A program made the position numbers and the translations under genes. DNA of 63,512 nucleotides, from positions 1-63,512 of IMG/VR virus record IMGVR_UViG_3300006802_000101, one strand, 5' to 3'. Below the pieces are notes generated by a model. That model was not told where the DNA came from. It ran no database searches and was given only the letters and a program-made list of their open reading frames with translations. Below are positions 1 to 10,230 of this stretch, piece by piece. The DNA is from a virus. Taxonomy: Duplodnaviria; Caudoviricetes. Each line of letters begins with the position of its first letter. Within the stretch, counting starts at the first letter, position 1.

Positions 1-92
1 TCTGTTATTTCAGCTCCTGTTTTAGCAAACTTGAAGACTTCAACGATAAACGTCATAGCCATCTTGAATATGTTTGGTGTTTTCTTTGACAT
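1..92 (-). CDS. hypothetical protein, partial (runs off window start)
   Basis: ATG at 92-90 overlaps the stop of the upstream ORF; reads MSKKTPNIFKMAMTFIVEVFKFAKTG; not in ORF track. Confidence 0.5.
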   Translation of the reverse strand, partial: MSKKTPNIFKMAMTFIVEVFKFAKTGAEIT

Positions 93-742
93 TATTTAAA
101 AAGTATTAATCCTCCTACTAATCCTACGCCAGCAGCGAAACCTCTAGTCTCATACCACTTCTTTTCTTCTCTTATAGTGTAGGTTTGCATATCTATGTTA
201 GATACTAGTGGATTTGAATTTATTATATTTATCTGATACTCAGTACCTTTAGTTATACCTGTCCACCCTCTAATTTTCTTATCCCCTACAATTATTTGTG
301 ATTGATTCGGGATTTCTAACGACTTGAGCGTGAACGCCTTATTGCTAACGACAGCAGAGAGCGAAAAAAGAGAGGAGTCAATATTAACATCGAGAATACC
401 AAAATCAGGAATATCATCACCAAAGTAAACGGTAACAGTATCAATTTTAGTAATAGTCTTAACCTTAGTGTAAGATTCAACATTCTTGAAGTCTTTAGTG
501 GCCTCCTTTAACTCTTCATTTTCTTTCTTCAGTTCTTTCAGTAAATCTTTGTTAACTACAAAAGCTTTCCTTTGTATATTGATGGAGTCTTGCTGGAGAG
601 CTATCATATTAGCCCTCCTAGCAGACACCCCTTTTTCCTGGCTATATAAATAGCCCATAGTCAATACAGTAAGGAAAAGTAATGCTAAAAGAAGATTTTT
701 CAATTTACTTTTTGTTTTTAGGTAGAGGAGGAACGCTTCCAT
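92..742 (-). CDS. membrane-anchored coiled-coil protein (possible spanin/lysis accessory)
   Basis: N-terminal hydrophobic helix LLLALLFLTVLTMGYLY, coiled coil, C-terminal KKWYE plus Gly-rich hydrophobic tail. Confidence 0.5.
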   Translation of the reverse strand: MEAFLLYLKTKSKLKNLLLALLFLTVLTMGYLYSQEKGVSARRANMIALQQDSINIQRKAFVVNKDLLKELKKENEELKEATKDFKNVESYTKVKTITKIDTVTVYFGDDIPDFGILDVNIDSSLFSLSAVVSNKAFTLKSLEIPNQSQIIVGDKKIRGWTGITKGTEYQINIINSNPLVSNIDMQTYTIREEKKWYETRGFAAGVGLVGGLILFK

Positions 743-917
743 ACTCTACATAATCATAAATCCTCTTAGCATAATTTAAAGCTTCTTCTACAGATGCATC
801 ACCATCTTTTGGTAAAAAAGCTAATGCCATTCTCATAGACTCTGCACGTATAGTTTTCTTAACTTCTGACGCTTGTCTATCTCTTAAATCTGTTATTGCT
901 GGGTTAATTTCTGACAT
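705..917 (-). CDS. hypothetical protein
   Basis: 70-aa ORF tightly packed in the operon. Confidence 0.6.
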   Translation of the reverse strand: MSEINPAITDLRDRQASEVKKTIRAESMRMALAFLPKDGDASVEEALNYAKRIYDYVEYGSVPPLPKNKK

Positions 918-923
918 AATAAT

Positions 924-1685
924 TTATTTATTCCATTCATATTTACTACCTAGATTCATTGGTATGAATATCGCTGTTCGACCTCCATCCAATACAACAC
1001 CACATCCGAGTGTTGGTTTCTTTGGGAACACCTTGCCATATGAAAAAGCCATATGGTCTACAGATATTCCACAACCGACATTTAAGCCGAATATAATATC
1101 ATTTCTAGAAGCCATGTAAGATACACCTCCAAATGAATGTAGATGTCCTATTACAGTAGACTGTCTGTTAGCTATAGCTCTGTTTCTTGCTCCATTCTGT
1201 CCAGCAGAGCCTGTTCCGTGTGTATACAGAACATTATCTATCTCCCATTCCATTTCCCACTTCCAGCCTTTTGGAGCGTTCCATATCTCTTCGTAGGACT
1301 TCATAAATCTTTTAGGTATTCCAGCTGTAGTGGCTTGGCGATATGGTAATGCTGAGTGATTCCCTACGCATACTTTAACTTCTGGAAATGTAGCGTACCA
1401 CTTCTCCATAGCTTTCTGAGCTTTTTCTGCTTCGCTTTCTGCGTTAGGCATCTCAGCCATCTTCTCGTGGTAAGATAGTGCTGCATTATCTACTTCATCA
1501 CCAATATGAATTATGTTGCCGCAAGCAAATCTATCAAAGACTTCGTAGCAAAAATTTCTATAGTTTTTGTGACAGAATGGTTCATGAGTGTCACCAATGA
1601 TACCCACATTATTAGACATCCTGTGGTTAGATATTAAGTCCATCTCTATCTGACTTAACCTTGGTCTGTATTCTACTTTTTTCAT
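924..1685 (-). CDS. calcineurin-like metallophosphoesterase
   Basis: GDTHEP, GDEVD, GNH, THG and GHLH metallophosphoesterase motifs. Confidence 0.9.
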   Translation of the reverse strand: MKKVEYRPRLSQIEMDLISNHRMSNNVGIIGDTHEPFCHKNYRNFCYEVFDRFACGNIIHIGDEVDNAALSYHEKMAEMPNAESEAEKAQKAMEKWYATFPEVKVCVGNHSALPYRQATTAGIPKRFMKSYEEIWNAPKGWKWEMEWEIDNVLYTHGTGSAGQNGARNRAIANRQSTVIGHLHSFGGVSYMASRNDIIFGLNVGCGISVDHMAFSYGKVFPKKPTLGCGVVLDGGRTAIFIPMNLGSKYEWNK

Positions 1686-1706
1686 CCTACATTAAATTGA
1701 CTTAAA

Positions 1707-1737
1707 CAAATGTAAGAATTAAAAATGTGTTATCAAA
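1707..1737 (-). promoter_or_regulatory. Bacteroidota sigma70-type promoter
   Basis: minus strand TTTG-N19-TACATTTG upstream of the ATG at 1685; TGTTAATAA box adjacent at 1742-1750. Confidence 0.7.
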
Positions 1738-1750
1738 ATATTGTTAATAA

Positions 1751-4700
1751 CTATTTAGTGGCTACTGAGTGACTTTGACAAGCCATATATCCTATAACGT
1801 TTTCATATCTATGAGTATGATAACCTACACAACCCAATTTTTTAGCTCTATCTAAAGCCTCTTGCTTGCTGTAGAATAAAGGCTCTCCATCTATCCTGGT
1901 TATTTCACCTCTTACATTTGCACAGTCATATTCAACATACCCTTTAACAACAAATCCAGCCCCCATATTTGTATCAAACAAGTTTCCACTATCTAAATAC
2001 ATATGGGCGGTTTCAAACGCATTAGTATAAAAAGCGGTAGGCAATCCAGCCCATCTGTTTCTAGGGCCGTAAGATGTTTGAGTGTTTCTAGCTCTTAATA
2101 AATACTCTCCAGCATCACCCCATCCAGTTATATTCCCTGTGTAATAAACAAACTTAGGGTCTCCGTTAGACTTATAATATCCATCTAAGAAAACTTTAAA
2201 CTTACCTCCAGCATCTATCTCTACAGCCATGAAGTTTTTATGCTGCCTGATTCCTCCTAGTCCAACTCCCTCTAAAATATCGCTAATTGGTTTTGTAGCT
2301 ATAGTACCGGAGATAGTTTTATGACCAAATCCGTTTGCTTTGAAATCTCTCCATCTATTACCACCTCTAAAAGGGTCTCCATATATCTTAGACACATTCT
2401 GAATAGGTTCGTATCTGTGATTTTTACAAGCAGACCAGTGAGCTATTTGCATATCAGCCATAGCCAGATTAGTGAAACCTCCCTTAGACCAATACATTAG
2501 ACTATGAGTACTTGGAGTGTGTGTATTATTCTGCTCACCCTGATATGTATCCCACATTGTCGGGTGGTCTAAAACAGTATTGTTTGTTGCATCGTAATAA
2601 GGGTCTACAGCAAAGTCCTCATACAACGGGTAATTTCTTCCTATAACCCTGTTTGTTTCAGGGTGTTTAAATAGGTTAGCTGGATTTACTATATAATCTC
2701 CACTACCCTCCATATAACAGGTGCTTCCTATCATAACAGCATCCATAGATTGATTATCTGATAATTCACACGTGTAATAATATTTATCTGGATACCAAGG
2801 TGCTTGATGAGTTGTAATTACTGGTAGGTTTACATTCCCAGCTTTATTCAAGAATAACATTACATTATCATAGGATGAGAAAACCAACTTAGCTGTAACA
2901 TTGGTAGCTCCTTCAGGTATGTTAAACTTTCTTTCGTAATCTAAAGCTTTTCTTCTATAAGACCTTCCGTATATTGCACGTTCTACACCAGCAACATCAT
3001 TTGTTCCAGGAACAGCCGTGCCAGCTTCTATTTCATTTGGAATAACAGGAAATAAATCATATTGACCATCTGCACGCACCTTATGTCTTAAAAGTGTAGG
3101 GTCATCATTCATTTGAGCTTTACCTCCATTAACAGTTAGGTGACTAGCACTAGTTTGACCTCCAAGTAAAAAGCTATTTAAAGGCCCAACAACCATAGAG
3201 TGCGGAAAGGCACAATGGACATTGTCATCTTGTTTAATACCAAATCCTGGTGGAGTGTGAGGTAAAAAAGAAGTTTGGCCAGTAGCTTCGTAATAATCAG
3301 GTCTACCTCTATTAATATCTGATTTATACCCTGGAGGACAATTGATTTGTCTTGTTTCGTAGTTTCCGTATGTCTGATGAAACAATGGGTCTTTTGCGGG
3401 ATTTTTTTTCCCACCAGACATGAAGAAATCATTAGGAAAAGGTCTGTATATTCCATCTAAATGAGTAAACTGGTAATTCATTCCAGCCCCAGTATACATA
3501 TTTGGAAGAAAGTAACCGTAATCGTTTTGTATAGCGTTTCCGTTCCAATCTGTAAATACACCAAGAACCGCTTCACCCCCTTCTGGCAACGTAAACTCAG
3601 CTGGAGCGTTTCTAAAAATAACACTGTGCTCATGCTCAAAGTCCTCGTAAATATCCTCAAGCCTTCTCATCACATCATTCTTACTGTTTATTGTTACAGA
3701 ATCACCTTTATATTGACCACAAGCGTAACCGTAAACAAGATAAGTGTTTTGTATTCTTATCCTTCCAATATGAGACACAGTTGGTCTTTTTTCTGGTAGA
3801 TAAGTATAATTATAACCACCACTATCTGTACCTATGTTAAAAGGGTAGTCTCTAGTAGCTGGATAGCTTAAATAAAAATCATAGTTATCAGAACAATGAG
3901 TAAAAGGGCCTGGCCCTACACTTGTACCGGGGGATTTTGGTCTATTTTTACCACCCAAGTATCCTTTTGTAACGGATATAACCCATGTGTCTCCGGTGTG
4001 GTGTCCGTCTATACTAGAGAATGTTGGTCTAATAGCATGACCGAACTTGCTATTAGAGCCTGTAGAGCCAAATGTGTGTTTTGAAGATGTAACTGAAAAA
4101 TCTCCAGAGTATTGTGCGTTTTCATGGTCAGGGTCTACGATACCCATAACAGTAAACAGGCCGTTTAAAGAATTATAATGTGAAGTGCTTAAATCTACAG
4201 ATGTATTGCAAATTCTCTCGTGCAAATTAAAAGTTTCATGAGTAAAAAAGTGGTCTTCTCCATTAGTATCTCTAAGTCCAACCCTATATTTACTTGCCTG
4301 TCCAGAACCCTCTGGAGTTCCTTCTGTTATCTGTATTATAATTTTTACTTCACAAGGCTCAAAGTTGTCCATGTTTCCAGGGAAAGATAATGGAGAAGAT
4401 GGAGAGCCTCCATCCTGACCATGAACATAATTATACCACCTGTTGTCATACCAACTGTGATAACCCAAACCAGTATTATCGAAAGGGTTTATGTTTTTTA
4501 ACCTGTCTATATTTGGATTTGGGTTAGCTCCTCCTGGTTCAAAAACAATATTATTACTATTTATGTAAGGAACAGCTACATCCGTTGTGCTATAGGGTTC
4601 TGGGTAAGTTGTTTCATCATGCCATCTATGAACAGCACCACCCATAATATCTACAGTTTTATCCTCAAAACCATCCATATTTTTATAAGGAGAGTGATAC

Positions 4701-5809
4701 TCATGGCTATTGTGCCCAGCATTTTTATTAGCCGCAGAGCCATACTTTACCTTCATCCATTTAGAATCAGTCTGACCATTTCTCATAGGTCTGCTCTTAT
4801 CAAAATCCCAACCGGTGTTTAATATTAAAAGAGACTTGCAGTCTGATGGGTCTGTATCTACTGGGTCTACCGGGTCTACTGGGTCAGTTCCTCCATCATC
4901 AGATGAGAAGTCACAAGAACCATCATCTACAGTAGCGTTTGGATTATAATTATTAGCATCGGGGTCAGTACAACCAAGTATAGGTCTTTCACTTATCATG
5001 GTAGCACCTCTAATTACAGCGTCTTTGATAGCTGGATTTAGAGCCAAAGAACCTGAAGCTATCCCTGTATTTATATCTACACGAGAAAAATATTGATTGG
5101 TTGGAGGAGCAGTAAATGTATCTTGATTATTTCTATTCCAAAAAACATACAACTGATGAGAGTCTTGTATAGACCTGTAATAATTTGTTATAGCATGTAT
5201 ACTAGTGTTAGGAGGAAGTATATTTGTAGTATGCTGTATTGTTTGTTTATACACATTAAACTGACTATCCTCTTCAGCTTGATTGGTAGGAATAGTTAAT
5301 GCACTGATTCTTACTAAACTATCCGTTATGTTACCAAACGATTTTCCTGTAGCGTAATAAGTTTCAAAACTATCACCATCATTAGAAGGATAATAAGGAG
5401 TTATACCTCCAGTACTATTGAATTGCTCGTTTGCATCATCATCTAGGTCTGTGACCGTGTTAACAGGAGAGCCATTTATAGTATAATAATAAAGCTGATT
5501 GTTTGAAGAAATTACAAATCTATCAAGATTATAATCGTATGTAAGTCCTTGAGGGTCAGGTATTTTTACAGAAAATAGAAGGCTTACGTTTGCTGGAGTT
5601 AAAGGGCCTGAGCTTTCATTCCAAACGTAAATCGCACTCCTGTCAAGGAAATACCACCTTCCGCCTTCGTAATGATGTAAATCCCTAGCGTCAGATAGCC
5701 CAGTATTACCTACAAATTCAGTAACCCCAGTGTCAATATGAACAGCATATACACTTCCGGACTCTACTATTACAGCAGCATTCTTTGTAAAAACAATAGG
5801 GTATCCCAT
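1751..5809 (-). CDS. large putative virion/surface protein with beta-propeller-like N-terminus, GCTDP Cys repeat and C-terminal His/Cys motif
   Basis: 1352 aa; GCTDPDANNYNPNATVDDGSC, a DPV linker, and C-terminal EALDRAKKLGCVGYHTH...YMACQSH. Confidence 0.6.
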   Translation of the reverse strand: MGYPIVFTKNAAVIVESGSVYAVHIDTGVTEFVGNTGLSDARDLHHYEGGRWYFLDRSAIYVWNESSGPLTPANVSLLFSVKIPDPQGLTYDYNLDRFVISSNNQLYYYTINGSPVNTVTDLDDDANEQFNSTGGITPYYPSNDGDSFETYYATGKSFGNITDSLVRISALTIPTNQAEEDSQFNVYKQTIQHTTNILPPNTSIHAITNYYRSIQDSHQLYVFWNRNNQDTFTAPPTNQYFSRVDINTGIASGSLALNPAIKDAVIRGATMISERPILGCTDPDANNYNPNATVDDGSCDFSSDDGGTDPVDPVDPVDTDPSDCKSLLILNTGWDFDKSRPMRNGQTDSKWMKVKYGSAANKNAGHNSHEYHSPYKNMDGFEDKTVDIMGGAVHRWHDETTYPEPYSTTDVAVPYINSNNIVFEPGGANPNPNIDRLKNINPFDNTGLGYHSWYDNRWYNYVHGQDGGSPSSPLSFPGNMDNFEPCEVKIIIQITEGTPEGSGQASKYRVGLRDTNGEDHFFTHETFNLHERICNTSVDLSTSHYNSLNGLFTVMGIVDPDHENAQYSGDFSVTSSKHTFGSTGSNSKFGHAIRPTFSSIDGHHTGDTWVISVTKGYLGGKNRPKSPGTSVGPGPFTHCSDNYDFYLSYPATRDYPFNIGTDSGGYNYTYLPEKRPTVSHIGRIRIQNTYLVYGYACGQYKGDSVTINSKNDVMRRLEDIYEDFEHEHSVIFRNAPAEFTLPEGGEAVLGVFTDWNGNAIQNDYGYFLPNMYTGAGMNYQFTHLDGIYRPFPNDFFMSGGKKNPAKDPLFHQTYGNYETRQINCPPGYKSDINRGRPDYYEATGQTSFLPHTPPGFGIKQDDNVHCAFPHSMVVGPLNSFLLGGQTSASHLTVNGGKAQMNDDPTLLRHKVRADGQYDLFPVIPNEIEAGTAVPGTNDVAGVERAIYGRSYRRKALDYERKFNIPEGATNVTAKLVFSSYDNVMLFLNKAGNVNLPVITTHQAPWYPDKYYYTCELSDNQSMDAVMIGSTCYMEGSGDYIVNPANLFKHPETNRVIGRNYPLYEDFAVDPYYDATNNTVLDHPTMWDTYQGEQNNTHTPSTHSLMYWSKGGFTNLAMADMQIAHWSACKNHRYEPIQNVSKIYGDPFRGGNRWRDFKANGFGHKTISGTIATKPISDILEGVGLGGIRQHKNFMAVEIDAGGKFKVFLDGYYKSNGDPKFVYYTGNITGWGDAGEYLLRARNTQTSYGPRNRWAGLPTAFYTNAFETAHMYLDSGNLFDTNMGAGFVVKGYVEYDCANVRGEITRIDGEPLFYSKQEALDRAKKLGCVGYHTHRYENVIGYMACQSHSVATK

Positions 5810-5826
5810 AATAAAGGTTTTAGTTA

Positions 5827-5834
5827 CAAATATA
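5827..5834 (-). promoter_or_regulatory. Bacteroidota -7 promoter element
   Basis: TATATTTG on minus strand 17 nt upstream of the ATG at 5809. Confidence 0.55.
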
Positions 5835-5854
5835 CGAAAATTATTCCGTATATA

Positions 5855-5883
5855 AAAGAAAAGGGGGTCATTATTCCCCCTTT
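5855..5883 (-). terminator. intrinsic terminator
   Basis: AAAGGGGG-N8-CCCCCTTT hairpin followed by a U-rich tract on the minus strand at the end of the replication operon. Confidence 0.6.
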
Positions 5884-6236
5884 ACAGAACTACCTTTATC
5901 TCTTTGTGTGTTTATACCCTTGACATAACCGTGTTGATTGAGTCTTGAGAAATGTTTATCTCTCACTTTAAAGTTTTGATACTTGTTGTCATAAGATATT
6001 TTATGCATCTTGCTCTTGTTAAAGGCTAGCTTTCTACAATGAGAGCAAACACCAACCTCTCTTTTATCTGAGTGGCCTATCCAAATCATTGGTGCTGAGT
6101 GACAATTACTTAAAGCGGTTTCGTCTACATCATCTTTTATCTCATCCCACTTATGGAATGTTACTTTAGTGTCTTCTGATTGAACTCTAGCTTTTGTGTT
6201 CATGTATTCTAGTGTGGACATTTTTATTCCAGGCAT
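5871..6236 (-). CDS. hypothetical protein, possible zinc ribbon
   Basis: SNCHSAP...CSHC motif. Confidence 0.55.
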   Translation of the reverse strand: MPGIKMSTLEYMNTKARVQSEDTKVTFHKWDEIKDDVDETALSNCHSAPMIWIGHSDKREVGVCSHCRKLAFNKSKMHKISYDNKYQNFKVRDKHFSRLNQHGYVKGINTQRDKGSSVKGE

Positions 6237-6238
6237 AG

Positions 6239-6481
6239 TTAAAATGGTTTATCTTGTTCTTGTTTTGTTTTTAAATACTCTAATTGAAACTCAAGGTGAT
6301 TTATAGCTTTCTGTATACACTCTCTTGGGTCTCCATGTTTACGCTCACAACGCAAAAGATATGTCGTGGCGGTTGCGATATGATACGGAAGCTCAAAGTC
6401 TTCACATACCTTCCTTGCTTCGTATCCATAATATTTGCCTATGTAATAATTAGGCATTGGGCTTTCTTTATATTTACTCAT
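6239..6481 (-). CDS. DUF3310-like small phage protein
   Basis: PNYY...ATATTYLLR...K...ECIQKAINHL pattern. Confidence 0.7.
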   Translation of the reverse strand: MSKYKESPMPNYYIGKYYGYEARKVCEDFELPYHIATATTYLLRCERKHGDPRECIQKAINHLEFQLEYLKTKQEQDKPF

Positions 6482-6707
6482 CTCTTAATAATAATCTATC
6501 GTTATAAAAATCTATATCTATTTCCTTTATGCTTTCTAGCTTTTCTTTTTCTATTCTCTTAGCCTCTTCTTTCGTTCCAACATCAAGAGGAGTGTTAGTT
6601 CCTAGGTTAGCAAACATGATTACACAATCGTGTAATATCTTATCTATCTTTGATTTGACAGATTTATTAGTGTCGTACTTAATTTTATTTGGTTCTCTTT
6701 TTCTCAT
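6474..6707 (-). CDS. hypothetical protein
   Basis: 77-aa ORF overlapping neighbours in the operon. Confidence 0.6.
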   Translation of the reverse strand: MRKREPNKIKYDTNKSVKSKIDKILHDCVIMFANLGTNTPLDVGTKEEAKRIEKEKLESIKEIDIDFYNDRLLLRDE

Positions 6708-6912
6708 TTTGTTTTTCAGTTAAAATATCTATTACTTCTAGTGTTTCTTTCAGTAGTTTTAATTCAGATAAAATATAGTCTAGCTTTATTTTACTACCTT
6801 TATGTAGTTCCGTAGATTTAAATATGTATTTTATTTTTTCAATTACATATTGTCCAGTTGTATCTGTTTCCCAGAACTCATTGCTTTTATCAGTGTTATT
6901 ACTTCTTGACAT
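6685..6912 (-). CDS. hypothetical protein
   Basis: 75-aa ORF in the operon. Confidence 0.5.
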   Translation of the reverse strand: MSRSNNTDKSNEFWETDTTGQYVIEKIKYIFKSTELHKGSKIKLDYILSELKLLKETLEVIDILTEKQNEKKRTK

Positions 6913-7256
6913 TGTTTTTGGTTTTTAGGCATTAATATTAAAGGCTCTCTATTGTTGTCCAACAAGTGTCTCTTAAGCAGCTTCCATTTTATTTTGTTAT
7001 CGTTCCTTTGGAAACCTTTAGTGTCAACAATCATGTCATGCTGAGGTATGGAGAAGTCAACAGTCAAGGTCATTTCTCTAACAGCACTACCATTGTATCT
7101 AAACTTTTGCAAAAGTACAAACTTTTCTTGAAATATGAAAGGAATCTTTTCTTTTTTTAATAGATTGTAAAAATATAATTCAAGCTTTGAATCAAACTTG
7201 ATTCCATCTTGCATTACTTTTTTTATCTTAGTACCTTTCTTCCTTTTCCATCTCAT
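6843..7256 (-). CDS. DUF1064-like PD-(D/E)XK endonuclease
   Basis: DGIKFDSKLE...VDF...IVDTKG motif. Confidence 0.8.
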   Translation of the reverse strand: MRWKRKKGTKIKKVMQDGIKFDSKLELYFYNLLKKEKIPFIFQEKFVLLQKFRYNGSAVREMTLTVDFSIPQHDMIVDTKGFQRNDNKIKWKLLKRHLLDNNREPLILMPKNQKQCQEVITLIKAMSSGKQIQLDNM

Positions 7257-7725
7257 GTTTTTCTATTGTATCTATTCCAAACTTATGTTTAAACTTATCT
7301 CTTGGTATCAAAGCTATGTATGAATCATTATTATCACCACCATTCACAAACTTTATATCTTTTATGTTTTCTTTTATCAAAGACTTCAAGTTATCAACCT
7401 GTATCATCCAAAGGTTATCTTTAGATATATGTTTGTAGTAATATACAAACCATTGAGCGTAAGTTGTAGATATACCACTAGGATTGCCCTTGTACTTTAT
7501 CTCAACAGCTATATTACCAGTATCACTATCATCCGTACAGTAGTCATCTGTCTTGACTTCAAACAATAACTCTTGGTCTTTTGACGGTGAGTAATGTCTT
7601 AAGTCGTATCTGTAATCTTTGTTGTAACCTCTAAACTCAAGGCCTTGCATAACTAGATAGAGTGCAACTATCTTCTCTCCAGCTTCACCTTCTTTAAGGT
7701 CTGTTTCAAAATCATAATTTCCCAT
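7228..7725 (-). CDS. PD-(D/E)XK nuclease-fold protein (start moved to MGNYDF)
   Basis: GEAGE...YDL...FEVKTD...TGNIAVE...SGI motif; the internal ATG avoids overlap with the helicase gene. Confidence 0.7.
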   Translation of the reverse strand: MGNYDFETDLKEGEAGEKIVALYLVMQGLEFRGYNKDYRYDLRHYSPSKDQELLFEVKTDDYCTDDSDTGNIAVEIKYKGNPSGISTTYAQWFVYYYKHISKDNLWMIQVDNLKSLIKENIKDIKFVNGGDNNDSYIALIPRDKFKHKFGIDTIEKHEMEKEERY

Positions 7726-7735
7726 AATTGTGGTT

Positions 7736-9502
7736 TTATTCCCAAGGCATTTCAACTTGCTCTGAGGGTTGGTTAACGTATTTATCAATTGGATACTCTC
7801 CAGTAAAGCTTGTGAACCTACCTGAAGGCCTATGGTATCTCAATACAACAGGCTCTCCAGTAGGAACACCAACTAACTTTTGAAACTTTATCTTTTGTAC
7901 ATGTATGTTTGTTGTAGTATCTGTAAAATCTTTTGGGTTTGGTCTGTGAACACATATAATATTATCAGCTTTATTGAACCAATTAGCTCCTCCAGCAATT
8001 CTATATGCGGTAGGAACCTCGTTGTCACCGCTACCAGCAGTTGCACTACGCATTGTGATAGGATGAGCAACGACAATAAACTTGAGGTCATGAGACTTTG
8101 TAAACCTTCTTATTTTATTCAAAGCATCAGCAATATAGTTTGCTTCACTCTTCGAGCCAAAGTCATGGTCAAGCTGATTGAAGGGGTCTACCAAGACTCC
8201 CTTGATTCCTTTCCTTCTAACCAAAAACTGAAATCTTTCCAAAACACTTTTCATTGTAAAATCTTTCTCAGGATAAACAGCATAGAAATGATTCTTAAGA
8301 AAATTCATACCATGAACATATTCTTCTTTTGTCATTCTACTTGGTGAATCCATATCAGAAGTCTTTCCAATATACAACTCAACTAAACCATCAAAAAGTT
8401 CGTTGATAGGATAGTTTTCTGGAGAGAACACTCCCCACTTCCAACCATACAATATAGATGCATTCATCATTAATTGTAAAGCGAAAGATGTTTTACCGTG
8501 ACCAGGTATTCCTGTAAACACATCAAACTCAGAAAGTCTAAAACTGTAATGTGGATTTAATTCAGGGTAGCCTGTAGTTAAACCTTTTTTCTTGCCATTA
8601 TCAAAGACATCAAGCATTTCATCTCTGACATCCTCCAAACCAAAAACTCCCTCAACAGGATATGCTCTAGCATTCTGAAAGCACTCATCCAACAACTCAG
8701 GGCCATAAGATTGCAGTACGTCATTAGCATCTTTACATCCATCAGGAAAGTCAATGATAAAACATTTCTCTCTTCCAATTCTTCTGCTCATCTCTTGTAA
8801 AAGTCTGATACCGTTTTCATCATTGTCCACACCAATGTAAACGTTGCTAGCGGCATCAAGATAATCAAAACAATTATCAATGTATGTGAATTTGTTATCT
8901 AAGTTTTTTGCTGTGGCATTTGGTGCACCATCAGGAACACTGATACAGTTCTTGTATCCAGCCTCCTCAAAAGCTAGCTTATCAAACTCTCCCTCAACAA
9001 TAATTATATCACTCTCCCCTTTTATATCATCAAGCCCATAGAATATCTTCTCAGCATCTTTTGTTTGTTTAAAAGTCTTACTAGCATCTCTATATTTTAT
9101 ATTTACAAGCTCACCGTTTCTGTAGTAGTTGAAGTTGATTACATTCTTTTTACCATCAGAACCTGGCATATACTCAAGACTCTGTGTTATTTTATTTCTA
9201 TTCACAGTCTCATCAGATATACCTCTACTGTTAAAATACTTGAGCATCTTGTCAGACAGCTTTGTGTTGTTATCTGTGTGAACAGGTTTGTTATATACAA
9301 TTTTGTCGTTTTCTTTTCCTATGGAGCCTGACCACCCACAATGATGACATAAATACATGCCATCCTTTGTGTTTATAGCAAGGCATGGTTCTTTAGGTTT
9401 CTTTCTACCCGAAGAACATTTAGGGCAAGGAGTCTTTATCTCTGTAGCCCATCTACCAGTGTACGTAACACCTATATTGTTTAAGTCTGCTCTTGTAATC
9501 AT
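7736..9502 (-). CDS. T7 gp4/Twinkle-like primase-helicase
   Basis: Zn finger CPKC...CHHC; TOPRIM IVEGEFD and DND..G; Walker A TGIPGHGKT; LVDP; VVAHP; NWFNKAD. Confidence 0.93.
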   Translation of the reverse strand: MITRADLNNIGVTYTGRWATEIKTPCPKCSSGRKKPKEPCLAINTKDGMYLCHHCGWSGSIGKENDKIVYNKPVHTDNNTKLSDKMLKYFNSRGISDETVNRNKITQSLEYMPGSDGKKNVINFNYYRNGELVNIKYRDASKTFKQTKDAEKIFYGLDDIKGESDIIIVEGEFDKLAFEEAGYKNCISVPDGAPNATAKNLDNKFTYIDNCFDYLDAASNVYIGVDNDENGIRLLQEMSRRIGREKCFIIDFPDGCKDANDVLQSYGPELLDECFQNARAYPVEGVFGLEDVRDEMLDVFDNGKKKGLTTGYPELNPHYSFRLSEFDVFTGIPGHGKTSFALQLMMNASILYGWKWGVFSPENYPINELFDGLVELYIGKTSDMDSPSRMTKEEYVHGMNFLKNHFYAVYPEKDFTMKSVLERFQFLVRRKGIKGVLVDPFNQLDHDFGSKSEANYIADALNKIRRFTKSHDLKFIVVAHPITMRSATAGSGDNEVPTAYRIAGGANWFNKADNIICVHRPNPKDFTDTTTNIHVQKIKFQKLVGVPTGEPVVLRYHRPSGRFTSFTGEYPIDKYVNQPSEQVEMPWE

Positions 9503-10168
9503 TTATTGAAATGCTTTTGTTATGTCTTCTGCTGAAGCGTTTTTAATTTGTTCTATCACCCTTGCCTTCTTCTGATATATTTCATCGTTCCAAGACTCGT
9601 TGCGTAGGAATGTTTCAGGGTGTTTCCTGTATTGGACATCAGGTTGCGACTTCTTATAATGGGGTATATAGGCCATGCATGCAGACTTTTTATTCTTACT
9701 AAGTTTATTCCACAGTGATTGTGCCTTTGACTTGCCAACCTTCTTATCGTATAAGTCCCAAAACTCTTCAAATCCATTATCATCATCTACTTTTGTTTTA
9801 TTTTTCCACCTTGCATCAGCACCTCTCTTGGCTGTTTCTTTTCTCTTGTTTGCTGCATCAAGTGATTCTTTTATATACTCTGAGTACAAGAGACCATTTT
9901 CAACAAACAACAATCCAAACTCACTACAACAATCATCAATGAATGTCTTTGCAGTTTCAACATCTGTCTGCATTCTTTTGGCTAGTGCTGGCAAAATACC
10001 CTTCCCATCAATCTTAATAGAGTTGCCTTCAGCAACACACAAAGACTCTAGAATGATATAATAAAAACCATAACCCTCTGCACCATATACAGACATCATA
10101 GACTCTACAGACATACTGCTCCAATTGGTAGCATAATGTTTAAACCAAAATGTATTTGTATCTCTCAT
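9503..10168 (-). CDS. phage replication initiator (Lin1244/DUF4373-like N-terminus)
   Basis: WFKH...YGAEGYGFYYIILE N-terminus; C-terminal FEEFWDLYDKKVGK...HPETFLRNESWNDE. Confidence 0.75.
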   Translation of the reverse strand: MRDTNTFWFKHYATNWSSMSVESMMSVYGAEGYGFYYIILESLCVAEGNSIKIDGKGILPALAKRMQTDVETAKTFIDDCCSEFGLLFVENGLLYSEYIKESLDAANKRKETAKRGADARWKNKTKVDDDNGFEEFWDLYDKKVGKSKAQSLWNKLSKNKKSACMAYIPHYKKSQPDVQYRKHPETFLRNESWNDEIYQKKARVIEQIKNASAEDITKAFQ

Positions 10169-10180
10169 ATTAATTAAATT

Positions 10181-10207
10181 AAAAAGGGAGGGGAACTACC
10201 CCCTCCC
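10181..10207 (-). terminator. intrinsic terminator after SSB gene
   Basis: GGGAGGGG/CCCCTCCC stem followed by a U tract on the minus strand. Confidence 0.7.
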
Positions 10208-10230
10208 ATGTAAACAAATAAACTAAATAA

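Noticed and set aside
6885-6900. TDKSN in ORF 6685-6912 and GTCCGA half-sites in terL (~27122, ~27266) as more palindrome copies
   Set aside because: The underlying DNA does not match the 14-mer; these are half-sites or peptide coincidences only.
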